A stretch of 64,000 nucleotides of DNA from Octopus vulgaris (Eukaryota): contig OX597843.1 in the NCBI GenBank assembly GCA_951406725.2, positions 17,484,001 through 17,548,000 of the forward strand, written 5' to 3'. The notes beneath the pieces were generated by a model, which did not search any database, was not told the DNA's origin, and worked only from the letters and a program-made list of their open reading frames with translations. Below are positions 15,901 to 30,713 of the stretch, in pieces. The first letter of the stretch is position 1, and the number at the start of each line of letters is the position of its first letter. Both the position numbers and the translations under genes were made by a program.

Positions 15901-16870
15901 TTTTGTTCATCCTTTATAAGTCTGTCTGCATTTATCATGAATTTACTTATTTTGATCGATTTTAGAGGAGTTGAAGTATGTCTGACAACTCCGGAGCGTA
16001 TTGAACTGGTTTTGTGCCTGACTTTTGGCCCATCCTGTTTATGTGATTCAACATATATTCAATAATAAACTAGGAAACCAATTTATGTTTTTCAAAATGA
16101 AACAAAATTAACAGAAAAATGGAAAATAATGTTTCTTTTGTTTTATTTTGTACTGCCTCTCCACTTCCCATTCCCGGCCGACGAATAGATGCAATGATCT
16201 GATAGTCGTCGAACATGGGGGCCATCCTGGTTTCACTGACAGCAATTATATCCAGTTCTAGAGACCTGAGGTCGTTGAGCAGGCGTCCCTGCTTCCAGGG
16301 TGACCCCAGGCCTTACAAAATCCTACTCTTAGTAGGTTGGCAAGCTAAAGAGAGAAAGGAAAGGTTTACTTACCTCCGGTGTCTTGTGAAGTTTAGGTAG
16401 TTCGACCTCCATAATTGGTGGGGTCTTTTTAAGGAACCCCTTTATGGGCTTCGATGTGGGTCTCACGTTAGCAGTTCCCACGTCCTCCGGAAAGCTTTCT
16501 CGAATTTTTGTGTTGGAATCGAGCGACATTTGCACCAGAAGTAAAACTTCTGGTACACAAAACGTGTTCGATTCGATGATCACCCCTCCTCTTTCAAATT
16601 CCGTGTTTTGTGTTACGAGTGCCCTCAGTTCCTCGTTGTCCCTTCTGATGAGTACGAAATTGGGTGTTGTTTAATTTGTTTGCTTGATTGCAGTGGTGAC
16701 GGTGTTGTTGCTTCTGTTCCTGCAGTTGTAGATGTTTGTGTGAGTGTCTCTTCCTGTTTAGGTTCTTTGCCTGTGGGGGATTCTGGTGAAAGTGATTGTG
16801 TTGGTTGTGTTGGTGTTGGTGTTTTCGGAGAGATGTTTGCGTGGGTGGTGTTTGTAGTTTTTATTGTGTA

Positions 16871-17342
16871 CTAGCAGATTGACCCCGCTTTGCTCGGGTG
16901 GATAGAAATTTGATGAATAACTTGTTTAAGCGTTAATTTTGACGAAATTGCATTCCATTTTATCCATACTTTTGGAAAAATCAAAACAAAGATATTGTCC
17001 GCAACAACGCATATTTTTATAAATTTGAAGAAAACAGCAGAACTTATGAAATCTGCTATTCGAATAAGGCTCAAAACACATAAGGGAAATAACTATATAA
17101 GCATTTTTAGAGAGTTACTTGTCTTATATAAACCGAGCAAAAAATGCATTAAAAATGGGAAAAAATGATGGTAAATTTTTTTTTAATCGTAGACTCATCG
17201 TAGACGCGCGCTAATACTCAGAATCACGATTATAAGATACTCGCTTTTGGTTAAACTGCACCGCAAAATGTGGGAGTAGTTAGGAATCTAAATCGGAGGA
17301 GACAGACTCTCACACACACAACTTCAGTTTTATATATAAAGA
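16871..17342 (-). mobile_element. Non-autonomous Helitron
   Basis: Minus strand begins TCTTTATATATAAAA and ends in a GC hairpin (CCCGAGCAAAGCGGGG) followed by CTAG. Inserted between A and T with no target-site duplication. Confidence 0.8.
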
Positions 17343-18458
17343 TGTTGATATGGTTTCTGGAGTTTTTCTTTTGTGCTTTCTTTTTTATTTAAACTTTTTT
17401 TTGGCCCTTTCGGTTTTCCTTCATCTTCACCACTAGAAGGTGATGAGTATGTTGTTGTAAGTTTGTGTGTATTTTGTTTGGTGTGAGGGGACGGGTGAGC
17501 TTTCCTTGCTTCCCCTTAGGATGTTTAATGTTTTTAGCGTTGTTGCTGGTGGTTTTGCTGGTGCTGGTGATGTTTGCGGTTCTCGTTCCGGCGAAGGCAG
17601 CAGTGGAGGCCGTAAGGGGAAGCGAGCAGCCAAATGAGTCTTTTCTCTAGACCTGAAACAATGAGGCCTTTGCCCTTAGTCATGATATATATCACCGTCC
17701 CGTTCTGGAGACGGATGTGGTCCGGGATTTTAAAAAATGTTTTCGGGTCTGATCTGGAGAAGTATCTCCAGGTCAACCCTTCACCCATCCTCCCTGGCAA
17801 TTCTTGTCACCTCTATAGGGACAATATCCGTCCCCGCCACGATTACGTATTCCAGAAGCCATCAATGATCTAGTCCTGGGGGTATTCTAAGAATGCGGAC
17901 ACGGACTGTACGTTTCCCTATGTTGGAGGGGCACTTGATGACTTTGCTGGTTTTGCAGGAGGGTCATTGAATGTTTCATAGCGAGGGTTTCTGATTTAAA
18001 CTGCACCGAAACGGTGCCGTATTGCTTGCCCCTCGCTATGTATTCGATGTCATTTCTTATGCACATCAACAACGCCTCAATATCTACTTGGACTATCAGC
18101 GCCGCTCTTTTCGTGTCTGCTGAGATGCATCTGAAAAGCACCGTTCTTCTCTCCGCTGCTTCAATTGCCTCTGACAGGACAGTCAAATTTTCCCAGTTTT
18201 TCTCTTGTTTAATTAGTTTCCATGCTTTTGGGAACATCTGCTCCCTATTTGCCAGGTCTATAGCATATCGGTGTTTGGTCTTGACTGCTGCAAAACCATT
18301 TTTGATATTTTTATGTGTATTGTCTCAGTTGTTGCTTTTATTGTTGTCGTTCTTATTGATGTTGCTGGCATTGCTTTTGTTGTTGTTGCTTTTGTTGTTG
18401 TTGTTGCTATCGCTACTGCCACTGCAGTTGCTTTCTTTTTCTTGGTTGTTGCCGCTCT

Positions 18459-18459
<1 letters not shown>

Positions 18460-18513
<54 letters not shown>

Positions 18514-18624
18514 GCTACTGCTGCTGCTGCTACTACTACTACTGCTGCTACTACTACTACTACTGCTGCTGCTCCTACTACTGCTGCTGCTGCTACTACT
18601 ACTGCTGCACCACTACTGCTGCTA

Positions 18625-18658
<34 letters not shown>

Positions 18659-18700
18659 GCTGCTGCTGCTGCTGCTACTACTACTACTACCACGGCAGCA

Positions 18701-18733
<33 letters not shown>

Positions 18734-18877
18734 ACTACTACGGCAGCACTGCTGCTGCTGCTGCTGCTACTACTGCAACTGCTGCTACTGCTACTACTAC
18801 CACTACTGCTGCTGCTACTACCACTACTACAGCAACTACTACTACTACAACTACCACTACTGCTGCTGCTGCAACTG

Positions 18878-18914
<37 letters not shown>

Positions 18915-18922
18915 CACTGCTT

Positions 18923-18958
<36 letters not shown>

Positions 18959-19069
18959 ATACTACTGCTGCTACTGCTCCTGCTGCTGCTGCTGCTGCTA
19001 CTACTACTACAACTACAACTACCACTGCTGCTGCTACTAGTACTACTACTACTACTGCTACTACTACTG

Positions 19070-19100
<31 letters not shown>

Positions 19101-19110
19101 GACTGCTGCT
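18460..19110. repeat. Mixed (CTA/CTG)n triplet expansion
   Basis: Read directly from the sequence. Confidence 0.95.
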
Positions 19111-19565
19111 GTTGTTATTTCTACCGCTGTTAGTGTTTCTGCTATTATTGTTGTTACTTTTCGTTGCACTCTGTAACACTTCAGTCTTTTTCTCCTCCTC
19201 CTCCTCCTCTTCCTCCTCCTCCCCTTCCCCATTATTGTTGCCCGTGACAGAGGGAAGTCCTCACCTATTACCACATTGGTAGAAGGGTTTCTTGTGTTTT
19301 TCCTTAACTCTTTCAAGACGCGCTCCGCCATCTTGTTGAGTTGTAGTGATTCCATTAAATTTTAACGCGCACTGAATTTATTTGGTGGGCGAAAATCTCC
19401 CCTCTGGTGGCTACACAACCATAAAAAAAGCAGTAATAGGTTCCTGATGCTACTGCAAAAAGACACCAATCCTGGTGTAAATAAATATTTTGAACTGAAC
19501 TTGGAGCGTTCGAAAACACGTCCGATGTGTTCCGCAGCAAATATAATAATAATAATAATAATAAC

Positions 19566-19615
<50 letters not shown>

Positions 19616-19625
19616 TGATGATGAT

Positions 19626-19914
19626 GATAGCAAAAGGGGCTGATCGCTACCTAACTCAGATACCAGGAAACCCAAAAATGGCAGAAATTCAAAAGATAGT
19701 GCTCATGGGAACTGCTCATATCCTACGCAAAATACTTTCTATGTAATCTCAAGTTTTAAAACAAACATAATTTTTTTCTCTTTTTTTTCTTTTTTCTTGT
19801 TTTTTTTTATAGACATCCACTAGTACAACACAAAAAAACCCCCAAATATATGGCACACTAGGCATAACAACAACGGAGCGAACTTGTACGGACATAAAGC
19901 TAAAACCAAACATA

Positions 19915-19915
<1 letters not shown>
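19626..19915 (+). mobile_element. 3' fragment of a third R4/Dong-like subfamily
   Basis: MIAKGADRYLTQIPGNPKMAEIQKIVLMGTAHILRKILSM* plus 3' UTR, between (TAA)n tracts. Confidence 0.8.
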
Positions 19916-19971
<56 letters not shown>

Positions 19972-19973
<2 letters not shown>

Positions 19974-20528
19974 GCCCTGATGCAGTACCAGGCAGTGGCT
20001 CTCATGGCTTCTGATCTTAATTGATTGGAAGTGTTATCATGTACATTGTTTTGTCTTGGTATAAAAGATGGGCTACAGCAAATATTCTGCTCAATACCAC
20101 AGATTTGCTTGTCAGTTGCTTGACCTTAACCAGTTGAGCATGTCCCTTAGTGGCTGACGATATGTGCATCTCTGATCACGAGCAGAAGTAGTGGGGGAGC
20201 ATCATAGCCATGTGTTGAGAGGGATTCTTTGGGGTTTGAATAATTCACCTCTGGAAACATGGGTGGTTCTTTCAACATCCTTAAACAACCCTTATTCTGG
20301 GACCTTTTGAGCGGGATGGGCTACTCAACCTGAAGAAAATTCTAACTGGGCCCCACCTGCAAGGTCATGTGCTGTTTATCTTGATATGAGATCACCATGT
20401 CGCGCACATATGGTTGTGATGCATGTGCCTGGTGTACCCTTATCAGACGGATAGTCATATGGGTATACTGGGCTTCGTATATTTTACCCCAGTGTCACTT
20501 TGATGGCATGCTCTGCTCGCTCACTCAA
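19972..20528 (+). mobile_element. Second full copy of the ~550-bp TAA-associated element
   Basis: Reverse complement of 11200-11748, with TAA repeats on both sides. Confidence 0.75.
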
Positions 20529-20544
20529 TAATAATAATAATAAT

Positions 20545-20575
<31 letters not shown>

Positions 20576-20937
20576 GCAACAAAAACAGCAACAGCATCAA
20601 CATCAATAACAATAATAATTATAACAAAATAACGAAAACAAAGTGTTATACTTTATAACTGTCACTTTATTTTTCTCAAGTTGATATATTTCGGGAAAAA
20701 AATCAAAAAAACGAAGGAAATTGGAACAAATTCATTAATACAGTAAATTATATCATAATTAGTTATATATTTAATTGGACGGTAATTAAGGTCCGAAAAT
20801 GGGGAAAAAGGGGGTTTTATTGTATTTTCTTTTTTTTTTTTACTTGTTTTCAAGAAAAAAATGTGTTGCATACACGTATGGAACATGTGTATACACTACA
20901 TATATATACACACAAACGCGTGGATATATACATGCAA

Positions 20938-20984
<47 letters not shown>

Positions 20985-21027
20985 GTACACATATATATAC
21001 ATATATATAACTATATATGTATACGTA

Positions 21028-21077
<50 letters not shown>

Positions 21078-21234
21078 TATACACATATATATACATATAT
21101 ATAACTATATATGTATACGTATATATGTATATATATATATATATATATATGCATATAGATATACAAAAATTTACACACCATACGCAATGAGTACAATCAC
21201 TTATGTGGAGTATGTATATATATATATGCATGTA

Positions 21235-21284
<50 letters not shown>

Positions 21285-21515
21285 TATATATGTATATATA
21301 TATAATCATATACATATAATCATATATATATATATATGTACACTCACATATATGCATGAAACAGTGTCAGCGCGTACGTGTATGTATTATCATTTAACAG
21401 TAGGTGTGTGTGTAGGGGGATGGTATATTTTGGGAACAGTGGGAGTATGTACATTGATGCATGCAGTTCATAGAAGGTCAACTAAATTAACATTGTACGT
21501 AACCATGATGATGAT

Positions 21516-21580
<65 letters not shown>

Positions 21581-21704
21581 TAATATTTGTTTTTATGTGG
21601 AGTTATAAGTAAAACAATTTAACGTGAAACTGGCGAATTATTCAATGCTTTTTATCTGTGGACCAGACGTTTGTTTATTAAACGAGAAGTAGGGGTGACG
21701 GTGA

Positions 21705-21797
21705 CTTCGACGTTTCGTGCAGTTAGCCTTTGTCGGACTGAATGATGAGAGCGGAGAGACCGAAGCAGCGAGGCCACTGCACCCCTCTTCTTGAAAG
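21705..21797 (-). ncRNA. Degenerate hammerhead-like motif
   Basis: Minus strand: UUUC aagaagaggg GUGCAGU-GGCCU...AGGCU-A-ACUGCAC GAA ACGU C GAAG. The 12-bp stem II, ACGU palindrome and GUC triplet are present, but the CUGA box is lost. Confidence 0.4.
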
Positions 21798-21861
21798 ATG
21801 TGTGTGTGTGTGTCAGTGTGTGTGTGTGTGTATGCATATATATGTATATGTGCATAAACGC

Positions 21862-21913
<52 letters not shown>

Positions 21914-21939
21914 ATATATATGTGTATATATATATATAT

Positions 21940-22155
21940 CTTTTACTCTTTTACTTGTTTCAGTCATTTGACTGCGGCCATGCTGGAGCACCGCCTTTAG
22001 TCGAGCAACTCGACCCCGGGACTTATTCTTTATAAGTCCAGTACTTATTCTATCGGTCTTTTTTGCCGAACAGCTAAGTGACGGGGACATAAACACACCA
22101 GCATCGGTTGTCAAGCAATGCTAGAGGGACAAACACAGACACACAAACACACACA

Positions 22156-22223
<68 letters not shown>

Positions 22224-22389
22224 TACGACAGACTTCTTTCAGTTTCCGTCTTCCAAATCCACTCACAAGGCTTTGGTCGGCCCGAGGCTATAGTAGGATA
22301 CACTTGCCCAAGGTGCCACGCAGTGGGACTGAACCCAGAACCATGTAGTTGGTAAGCAAGCTACTTGCCACACAGCCACTCCTGCGCCT
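21940..22389 (-). mobile_element. SINE family 1, full length
   Basis: Same structure as 3800-4208. Confidence 0.85.
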
Positions 22390-22893
22390 ATATATATAAT
22401 ATATATATAGACATACTCGCACTTATTTATAAGTGTAATAATACATCCGAGGTATATGTTTCTCTAATTGTCATGTTTTGCAATGTTATTCTGGTGGTTC
22501 TAGTATTAGCTGAACCTGACATCGATGACGGGAGAGAAACGCTTTCTGGAATCAAGGTTCCAGGTTCAAACTAGAAAATAAACAATTTATTTCTTTGTTC
22601 TTCCGCTGAACAATCAAAGAAGGCGTTGCGAATGGTAAATCCCACCATTTCGAATAATATACAAATATATACAAATCTATGGAAATATCTGGTCAAAACA
22701 GAGGAATATATATATAATACTTGATAAATAGGGTTCAGCAAAGATTTGCTTTACCACTTACCGAAATTTAGTATTAAGTATTTATTAAGTATTACTTAAG
22801 TTTACCGTGAAATGGTCCTTTTTTCATGCCGAATTCTGCTCGGTGAAATTATTGATTAATTCTTAATTAATTAATTTTACTCTTTGTGATTAT

Positions 22894-22946
<53 letters not shown>

Positions 22947-23043
22947 CACACATACATATGCATATACACATAATTACACACACATACTTTAAAACATATA
23001 ATAATATATATTCAAATATACATACATTTACATACACTGGTAG

Positions 23044-23130
<87 letters not shown>

Positions 23131-23417
23131 TAGTAAATAGACGAAGGAACACACGTACATGTTATATTAATGTATATATATAATGTATATTAATGTATAT
23201 AATGTATATAATGTATATATATTAATGTATATATATAAATAATAATTAAAGGTAATGCTATGCAACTTCATAATAATTCTAACCATTTAATTGCTGATAT
23301 ATACATATATATATATATATATGTATTGTTAATCCAAATAAGAAAGCACAAAAAAATAAAACAACGCGAGCACGTGGAACAAATATAGTATTATTAGACG
23401 CTTAGGAAAGAAGGAGG

Positions 23418-23452
23418 ATTTAACGTTTCGAGCGGAGCTCTTCGTCGGAAAC
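23418..23452 (-). ncRNA. Minimal hammerhead-like motif (U4C variant)
   Basis: Minus strand: GUUU CCGACGA A GAGC UCC GCUC GAA ACGU U AAAU, within a ~195-bp element (23328-23522) flanked by TA repeats. Confidence 0.58.
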
Positions 23453-24044
23453 ATAGGAGAAGGACAGATCCAGAGAAGGGAAGACAGAGGAAAAAAATCG
23501 CCAACGGTACACACGCGGTCACATATATGTATATATAAATAATATTTTATGTATACATATATGTGTATAGTATAAACCGAAATGGAGAAACAGTAAATTC
23601 AATCTGAAGCCTCAGAATAAGGGAAAACTCTTAACAGAATTAATTGTAGAAAACATGGCAGAACTCCGGGTTGAAGGATTATTAGATCGGAATCTTATAG
23701 AATGATGTATGATGGCGGTGGTGGTGGTGGCGGTATGTGGTGGGCGGCATGGGTGGGTTAATGGTGGTGTTGGTGTTAGTAGTAGTGATGCTGACTATGA
23801 TGATGATGGCAATAATCTCTATTAGTTCCCTCCCCCCAGACTTGATCGCATGCAAATCTGTTCAGATGCACTCCAGATATGACCACCCTGTCCTGTTCTC
23901 CCAGAACTAACTGTATTGTCAAATGTGTCATTCTTTGTCCTAACGGGTTTAGAGATTTCGCTGGTGTTTCTAGCAGAGCGAGGGGCCCAAATGATGAAGA
24001 TGATGGCGGGGATGAGGGTGGCGGCGGTTTATGTATGAGTCATT

Positions 24045-24560
24045 GAAGGAGTCCTCTACATGGTAGTTAGATCTGGGAGAAATAGCAGCCAAATCTTCCT
24101 TAAATCACACCCAGGAACCAATGTGGGAGACCCCATACAATAGTTATAAATGGTAGACGTAGCAGCCAAATCTCCCTCAAATCACACCCTACTCTTCTAT
24201 CTATGTATATATGTATGTATGAGCCTACGAGGGAGACCTCTACATGGTAGCTAGACCTGGTAGAAATAGCAGCCAAATCTCCCTCAAATCACACCCTACT
24301 CTCTTATCTATGTATATATGTATGTATGAGCCTACGAGGGAGACCTCTACATGGTAGCTAGACCTGGTAGAAATAGCAGCCAAATCTCCCTCAAATCACA
24401 CCCTACTCTCTTATGTATGTATGAGCCTACGAGGAAGACCTCTACATGGTAGCTAGACCTGGTAGAAATAGCAGCCAAATCTCCCTCAAATCACACCCTA
24501 GTCTCTTATGTATGTATATATGTATGTATGAGCCAATGAGGGAGACCTCTACATGGTAGC
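24045..24560. repeat. Minisatellite, ~95-107-bp unit, about 4 copies plus eroded copies
   Basis: GAGACCTCTACATGGTAGCTAGACCTGGTAGAAATAGCAGCCAAATCTCCCTCAAATCACACCCTA recurs, with units starting near 24221, 24328, 24423 and 24529. Confidence 0.9.
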
Positions 24561-24773
24561 GAGCGACACACAGACAGTCAGTCAATCAGACCAACAGACG
24601 GATGGAGTTTTGTTGTTGTTGTTGTTTCAGCTGCCGTCTATTTTTAACGTTTTTTTTTTTTTAGTTTATAAAATGCCGGGTTAATTTCAACACAAAGCAA
24701 ACCTTGTGCATTATTGATGGCCTGCAACCTCTGATGGCTTTCATATAATAATAATAATAATAATAATAATTAC

Positions 24774-24835
<62 letters not shown>

Positions 24836-24975
24836 TAATAATAATAATAATAATAATGATAATAATAATAATAATAATAATGATAATAATGATAATAATA
24901 ATATTAATAATGATAATAGTAATAATGATAATAATAATGATAATAATAATAAAAATAATAATAATGATAATAATG

Positions 24976-25108
<133 letters not shown>

Positions 25109-25409
25109 TAATAATAATAATAATAGTAATAATGATAACAATAATGATAATAATAATAATAATAATAATAATCGTAATAATTATGATAATACTGATAATG
25201 ATAATAATAATGTGTGTTTCAAACAAACTTGAATAGATAATGATGTTTAATGGGTTGGGGTTGGTGGTCGTGGGTAGTGGTGGAGTGAGAGGTGGCTGTG
25301 TGACCCTTGGATTGTTCTTATAACCCACCCCCACACACATGCAAATACTCACAGGTATATATGTATGTGTGTGTGTTTGTGTATGTATGCATGTATGTAT
25401 GTATGTATG

Positions 25410-25540
<131 letters not shown>

Positions 25541-25659
25541 TGTTTGTTTTTATGTTCAGTTATAATAAAAGCAGTTTAAAATTAAAATTCTGACGAAGCC
25601 TTAGCTGGCCGAAAAACTTCGAAGTTGCTATCAACAACACACTTTTATTATTTTTAAGA

Positions 25660-25716
<57 letters not shown>

Positions 25717-26087
25717 TATATACATACACACACACAGACTCACACACATTAACAAATATAATATATATATGTTTATATATATATTTATATGCATGTATAC
25801 TTTTATTCTTTTACTTGTTTCAGTCATTTGACTGCGGCCATGCTGGAGCACCGCCCTTACTCGAACAAATTGACCCCTTTGTCTATGCGCAAACCTGTTT
25901 GTGCTTCAGTATTTAAATGCCGATATACATACATTAATACATACACACACGCACACACATCTACCTCTGTCTGTCTGTCTGTCTGTCTATGCATGTATGT
26001 ATGTATGTATGTATATATGTATGTATGTATGTATTTATGTATGTATCTATCTACCTATCTACCTATCTCTCTCTCTCTCTATCTCTG

Positions 26088-26141
<54 letters not shown>

Positions 26142-26937
26142 GATATATATTTATTCACACACGCATTCTTATATATTATTCAAGCATGCTAACTTTGTCT
26201 ATTCTTCCCTTTTTCTCTCTCCCTTTCTTTCCTGTCCTCTTCCTTCCCCTCTCACAATATCTCCCGCGTATTATTCTAAATGGCGCTTTGTATTTTAAAA
26301 TTTTCTTCTTTATCCTTATTAGCCCATATCTTCACCAAACACACGATAAACTCCAATCCTTTGATCTTGCGCCGATAAATTATCAATCAATTTAACAGTT
26401 CAATAATTCAGTATTTCTTCTAATGAATAAAGTGAATTTTGTTTGTTCGTATTTTTTTGTTTTTGTCATTGCTATTTGTGAGGTGGGGGTGTTATACCAA
26501 ATCACTCAGCATTTTGTGTTTTTGTTGTTGTTTAGAATCCTAATTTCAGTTTTCTTTTAATAAGCAAATATTAAATCAAGCAATCAATCAATATTTAAAG
26601 GGATTATCGATCTGTAGCTCTATTAGAAGATTGTTTTTGTTATTTTTGTGATCGTTGTTGCATTTATTGTTTTAGATAACCCCAGGCCATCATCACCTCA
26701 CTATATGACTCGAGGCCTTGCATTTTGAGAAGTATTTTAAGCAGTGTAATCCTTACGAAGAGGTTAAATTGTACTTGAAAGGTCTGACTGCTCTTTCCAG
26801 CATACCGAATAACCACACGAGAGTTTCCCCCTTTTTTTTGAGATGATTACAGCAATGAGTACTGTTGACTATATCAGTTAGACTGGGTGGCTAAAGTAAT
26901 AATAATAATAATAATAATAATAATGATAATAATAATG

Positions 26938-26993
<56 letters not shown>

Positions 26994-26997
26994 GATG

Positions 26998-27064
<67 letters not shown>

Positions 27065-27287
27065 TAATAATAATTGTTTCAAATTTTTCCACAAGAGCAG
27101 TCATTTTAAGGGAGGGGATGAGTCGATTACATCGACCCCAGTGTTTCACTGGTACTTAATTTATCGACCCCGAAATGATGAAAGGCAAAGTCGACCTCAG
27201 CGGAATTTGAACTGGGAACGTAGCGACGAGAGAAATACTGCTAAGCATTTCGCGCGGCACGCTAGCGATTCTGCGAGCTGACTGCCT

Positions 27288-27510
27288 TGAAAGACTGTCA
27301 AGGTTGAGCCCGTAATAATTGGTGCTTTAGCGAGCACGAGTAAAAATGTAGACAAATGGTCGAAGGAGATTGGAACCGAATGTACTGTGGATCCTCTAAA
27401 GAAAGTTTGCCTCTTAAGGAAAGGAGAGATTATCAGGAGCACTTGAAAGACTATTGGAAGTAGATACAGGTAGTAACCAGATACTCACAAAGATTCCACG
27501 AACGAGCCAA
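27288..27510 (+). mobile_element. Degenerate R4/Dong-like 3' fragment
   Basis: Reads KTVKVEPVIIGALAS...LKKVCLL and ends in an AAT repeat. Confidence 0.55.
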
Positions 27511-27569
27511 ATCAATAATGATAATAATAATAGTTATCGATGTTGTCATTCTTCTTCTTGTTATTATTA

Positions 27570-28111
27570 TATGCTTGACTTTTGCTTTGTATTTGTACAA
27601 GTTGGCTCCAAGTCTCACTCAGAGACCTCAAGAGACAACAAGCTGGAAGTTCATGTTTGTGTTATGCCTAGGGCGTCATATATTTGGTTTTGTACATAGT
27701 GTTGTTCTAGAGAATGTTTAAGAAAGCATAAGAAAATTATGTTTGCTTTAAAACTTGAGATTACATAGAAAGTATTTTGCGTAGGATATGAGCAGTTCCC
27801 ATGAGCACTATATTTTGAATTTCTGCCATTTTGGGATTACTTGGTATCTGAGCTAGGTAGCAATCAGCCCCTTTTGCTATCATTCCTAGGGCACCTATGA
27901 CAACAGGTATTGCTGTAGTCTTGAGGTTCCACGTTTTGCCAATTTCTATTTCAAGGTCTTTATATTTGCTCAGGTTTTGGTAGGTCTTGACAGATACATT
28001 TATGTCGATTGGGACAGTCATATCAATGGGAAGTCATGGTTTTAGTCTGAAGTCTTTCAATATCATGGCTGGCCTATTCGCATCTATCTTTCTGTCAGTT
28101 TGAACGGTGAA

Positions 28112-28112
<1 letters not shown>
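27570..28112 (-). mobile_element. R4/Dong-like 3' fragment (same subfamily as 19626)
   Basis: ORF 27761-28021, SKYKDLEIEIGKTWNLKTTAIPVVIGALG...RKILSM; in (TAA)n. Confidence 0.82.
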
Positions 28113-28203
<91 letters not shown>

Positions 28204-28219
28204 CATCATTATTATTATT

Positions 28220-28293
<74 letters not shown>

Positions 28294-28301
28294 CATCATT
28301 A

Positions 28302-28383
<82 letters not shown>

Positions 28384-28600
28384 TTTTTTTCTTCTTTCAA
28401 ATTTGCTTCCATTTCTTGCCGAGTGTCTTCCCGACTCCTAGGGCAAAGAAACTCATAGTATACATTGGTAGGCCATCAAACCAAACTCAATAGTTCGTTC
28501 ATTTAAAAAAAATTTTTTTTTAAAGTTATATTAAAATACATGAGCAGCAACAGTTCTCACATCGACAATGCTCTTCTCAATACGTGTGATGTACCAGTTA
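28384..28600 (-). mobile_element. Short 3' end of the 12500-15058 LINE subfamily
   Basis: Near-identical to 12505-12724; flanked by (TAA)n. Confidence 0.85.
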
Positions 28601-28605
28601 AGATA

Positions 28606-28686
<81 letters not shown>

Positions 28687-28834
28687 CATTATTATTAATA
28701 TTATTATTATTATTATTATTATTATCATTATTATTAATATTATTATTATTATTATTATCATTATTATTAATATTATTATTATCTTTATCATTATTATTAT
28801 TATTATTATCATTATTATTAATATTATTATTATC

Positions 28835-28881
<47 letters not shown>

Positions 28882-28975
28882 CATTATTATTAATATTATT
28901 ATTATTATTATTATTATCATTATTATTAATATTATTATTATTATTATTATCATTATTATTAATATTATTATTATT

Positions 28976-29414
28976 CAGTAGTTTTATTTTTATTTTTATA
29001 GCGTGCTTTCACTTCACTACCGAGCGCAGCTCTGTGTGCCTTGGGTATGTGCTGTGATTTGTTGTGATGCTCTGATGGTTATTGTATGGAAAGTGTTCTG
29101 CGTAGGATGTGTGCAGTGCCTAGTAGTGCAATTTTCTGTATGTTATATGTGTTTGTAAGTCCTGGTGTTTTTGTTATGTATTTGTCTGAATATTTTTTTA
29201 TCATGCCTAATGCACCTACTATGATAGGAATTGTTTCTGTTTTCAGATTCCACATTCTAGTTACCTCTATTTCCAGGTCTTTGTATTTTGAGAGTTTCTC
29301 CATTTCTTTTAGAGACACGTTGTCATCTGCCGGTACTGATACATCAATTAGAAAGCATTTTTTTCCTTCATGGTCTCTGACAACTATATCTGGTCTGTTG
29401 GCCTTAATTTCTCT
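28976..29414 (-). mobile_element. 3' fragment of a fourth R4/Dong-like subfamily
   Basis: EIKANRPDIVVRDHEGKKCFLIDVSVPADDN...PIIVGALG...RRTLSIQ*; flanked by (TAA)n. Confidence 0.85.
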
Positions 29415-29487
29415 ATTATTATAGTTATTATTATTATTACTATTATTATTATTATCTTTAACATTATTATTATTATTATTATTATTA

Positions 29488-29537
<50 letters not shown>

Positions 29538-29645
29538 GTTATTATTATTATCATTATCATCATCATCATCATCATCATTATCATCGTTATCATCATCATC
29601 ATCATTATCATCATCATTAATATTATTATTATAATAATAATAATA

Positions 29646-29696
<51 letters not shown>

Positions 29697-29914
29697 GTTG
29701 TTGTTGTTGTTGCTGTTGTTGTCGTCGTCATGGTCAGTGGTCATTTTTTTTCACTTCACAACCGAATGCCTTTCCTTGGCTGCGAATCTTGTTTCGGTTT
29801 TTGTATTTCTTTTATTGTATTTGAAAGTTCTGTCATTTATATTAATATATCCATAAACACATACACACACACACACATTTGTATGTGTTGTGTATGTATG
29901 TGTATACAGTATCT

Positions 29915-30340
29915 AGAATATCTATCTTCTGTAGGTCGTGAATAACCTCGGGGTTATGTGTTTTTCTGCATGCACTGTTATCATTTCCAAACCACTTATC
30001 ATGGGGCTGTTTCTATTTTCGGGTTCTCCCATTCGGGTCATCTCTACTTCCAGGTCTTTGTATTTCGATAGTCTCTCCATCTCTTTTACAGATCCATAAT
30101 CAGAGAGAGACTGATACATCGATAACACTTATCTGGTTAGTTAGCCTTTATCTCTCTGTCGGTATGCATTGTCATATCCAAGAGTATGGTTCCTTTGCCA
30201 TTCTCTCAGAGAATATGTCAATACCGTCTTTTTAATGTTATTTCGTAGTACTGGCCTCCAGTTGGAAAAGGCCCCAGCTTTGTGGTGTCTGTTACTGTCA
30301 TGTCTTTCGTGGCTGCACATGGCCGCACAATTCATCCTGA
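29915..30340 (-). mobile_element. Old degenerate R4/Dong-like fragment
   Basis: KEMERLSKYKDLEVEMTRM and an upstream HERHD remnant. Confidence 0.6.
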
Positions 30341-30617
30341 ACTCGGAATTAATAAAATAAAATACCAGTTAAGTACTGGGGTCGATGTAATTACCCTCCA
30401 CACCAATTTCTTGCTTTCAGTCTAAGCTCCAAAGAGTTGGCAGAATCGTTCGCGCGTCGGTTCTTTTCATTGAGTCCGAATCTAACCGAAGTTGACTTTG
30501 TCTTTCAGCCTTTCAGGGTCTACAGAGTAAAGTATCTGTCATATACTGAGGTCAATATCATCCACTAACACACTCACCTTAAAACTGCTTGCTATGAGCC
30601 AAAATTTAAAACCATAG

Positions 30618-30713
<96 letters not shown>

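Larger units (their letters stand above)
16150..19440 (-). mobile_element. Degenerate non-LTR retrotransposon ORF1 (gag-like) region, interrupted by a triplet expansion and a Helitron
   Basis: Protein-like segments at 19355 (MESLQLNKMAERVLKEL), 18237-17887 and 17800-17620. Eroded CCHC knuckle RPHCFRSREKTHLAARFP at about 17620-17670. Boundaries approximate. Confidence 0.5.

Noticed and set aside
16645-16659. CTGATGA-GTAC-GAAA hammerhead-like core
   Set aside because: No viable stem II, stem III, UH site or stem I; likely a chance match.
18014-19282. 422-aa leucine-rich plus-strand ORF
   Set aside because: Antisense reading of a triplet expansion and a retroelement remnant.
24045-24560. Repeat-spacer-like array as a possible CRISPR
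   Set aside because: The spacers are microsatellite rather than unique, the units are too long, the context is eukaryotic and there are no cas genes.
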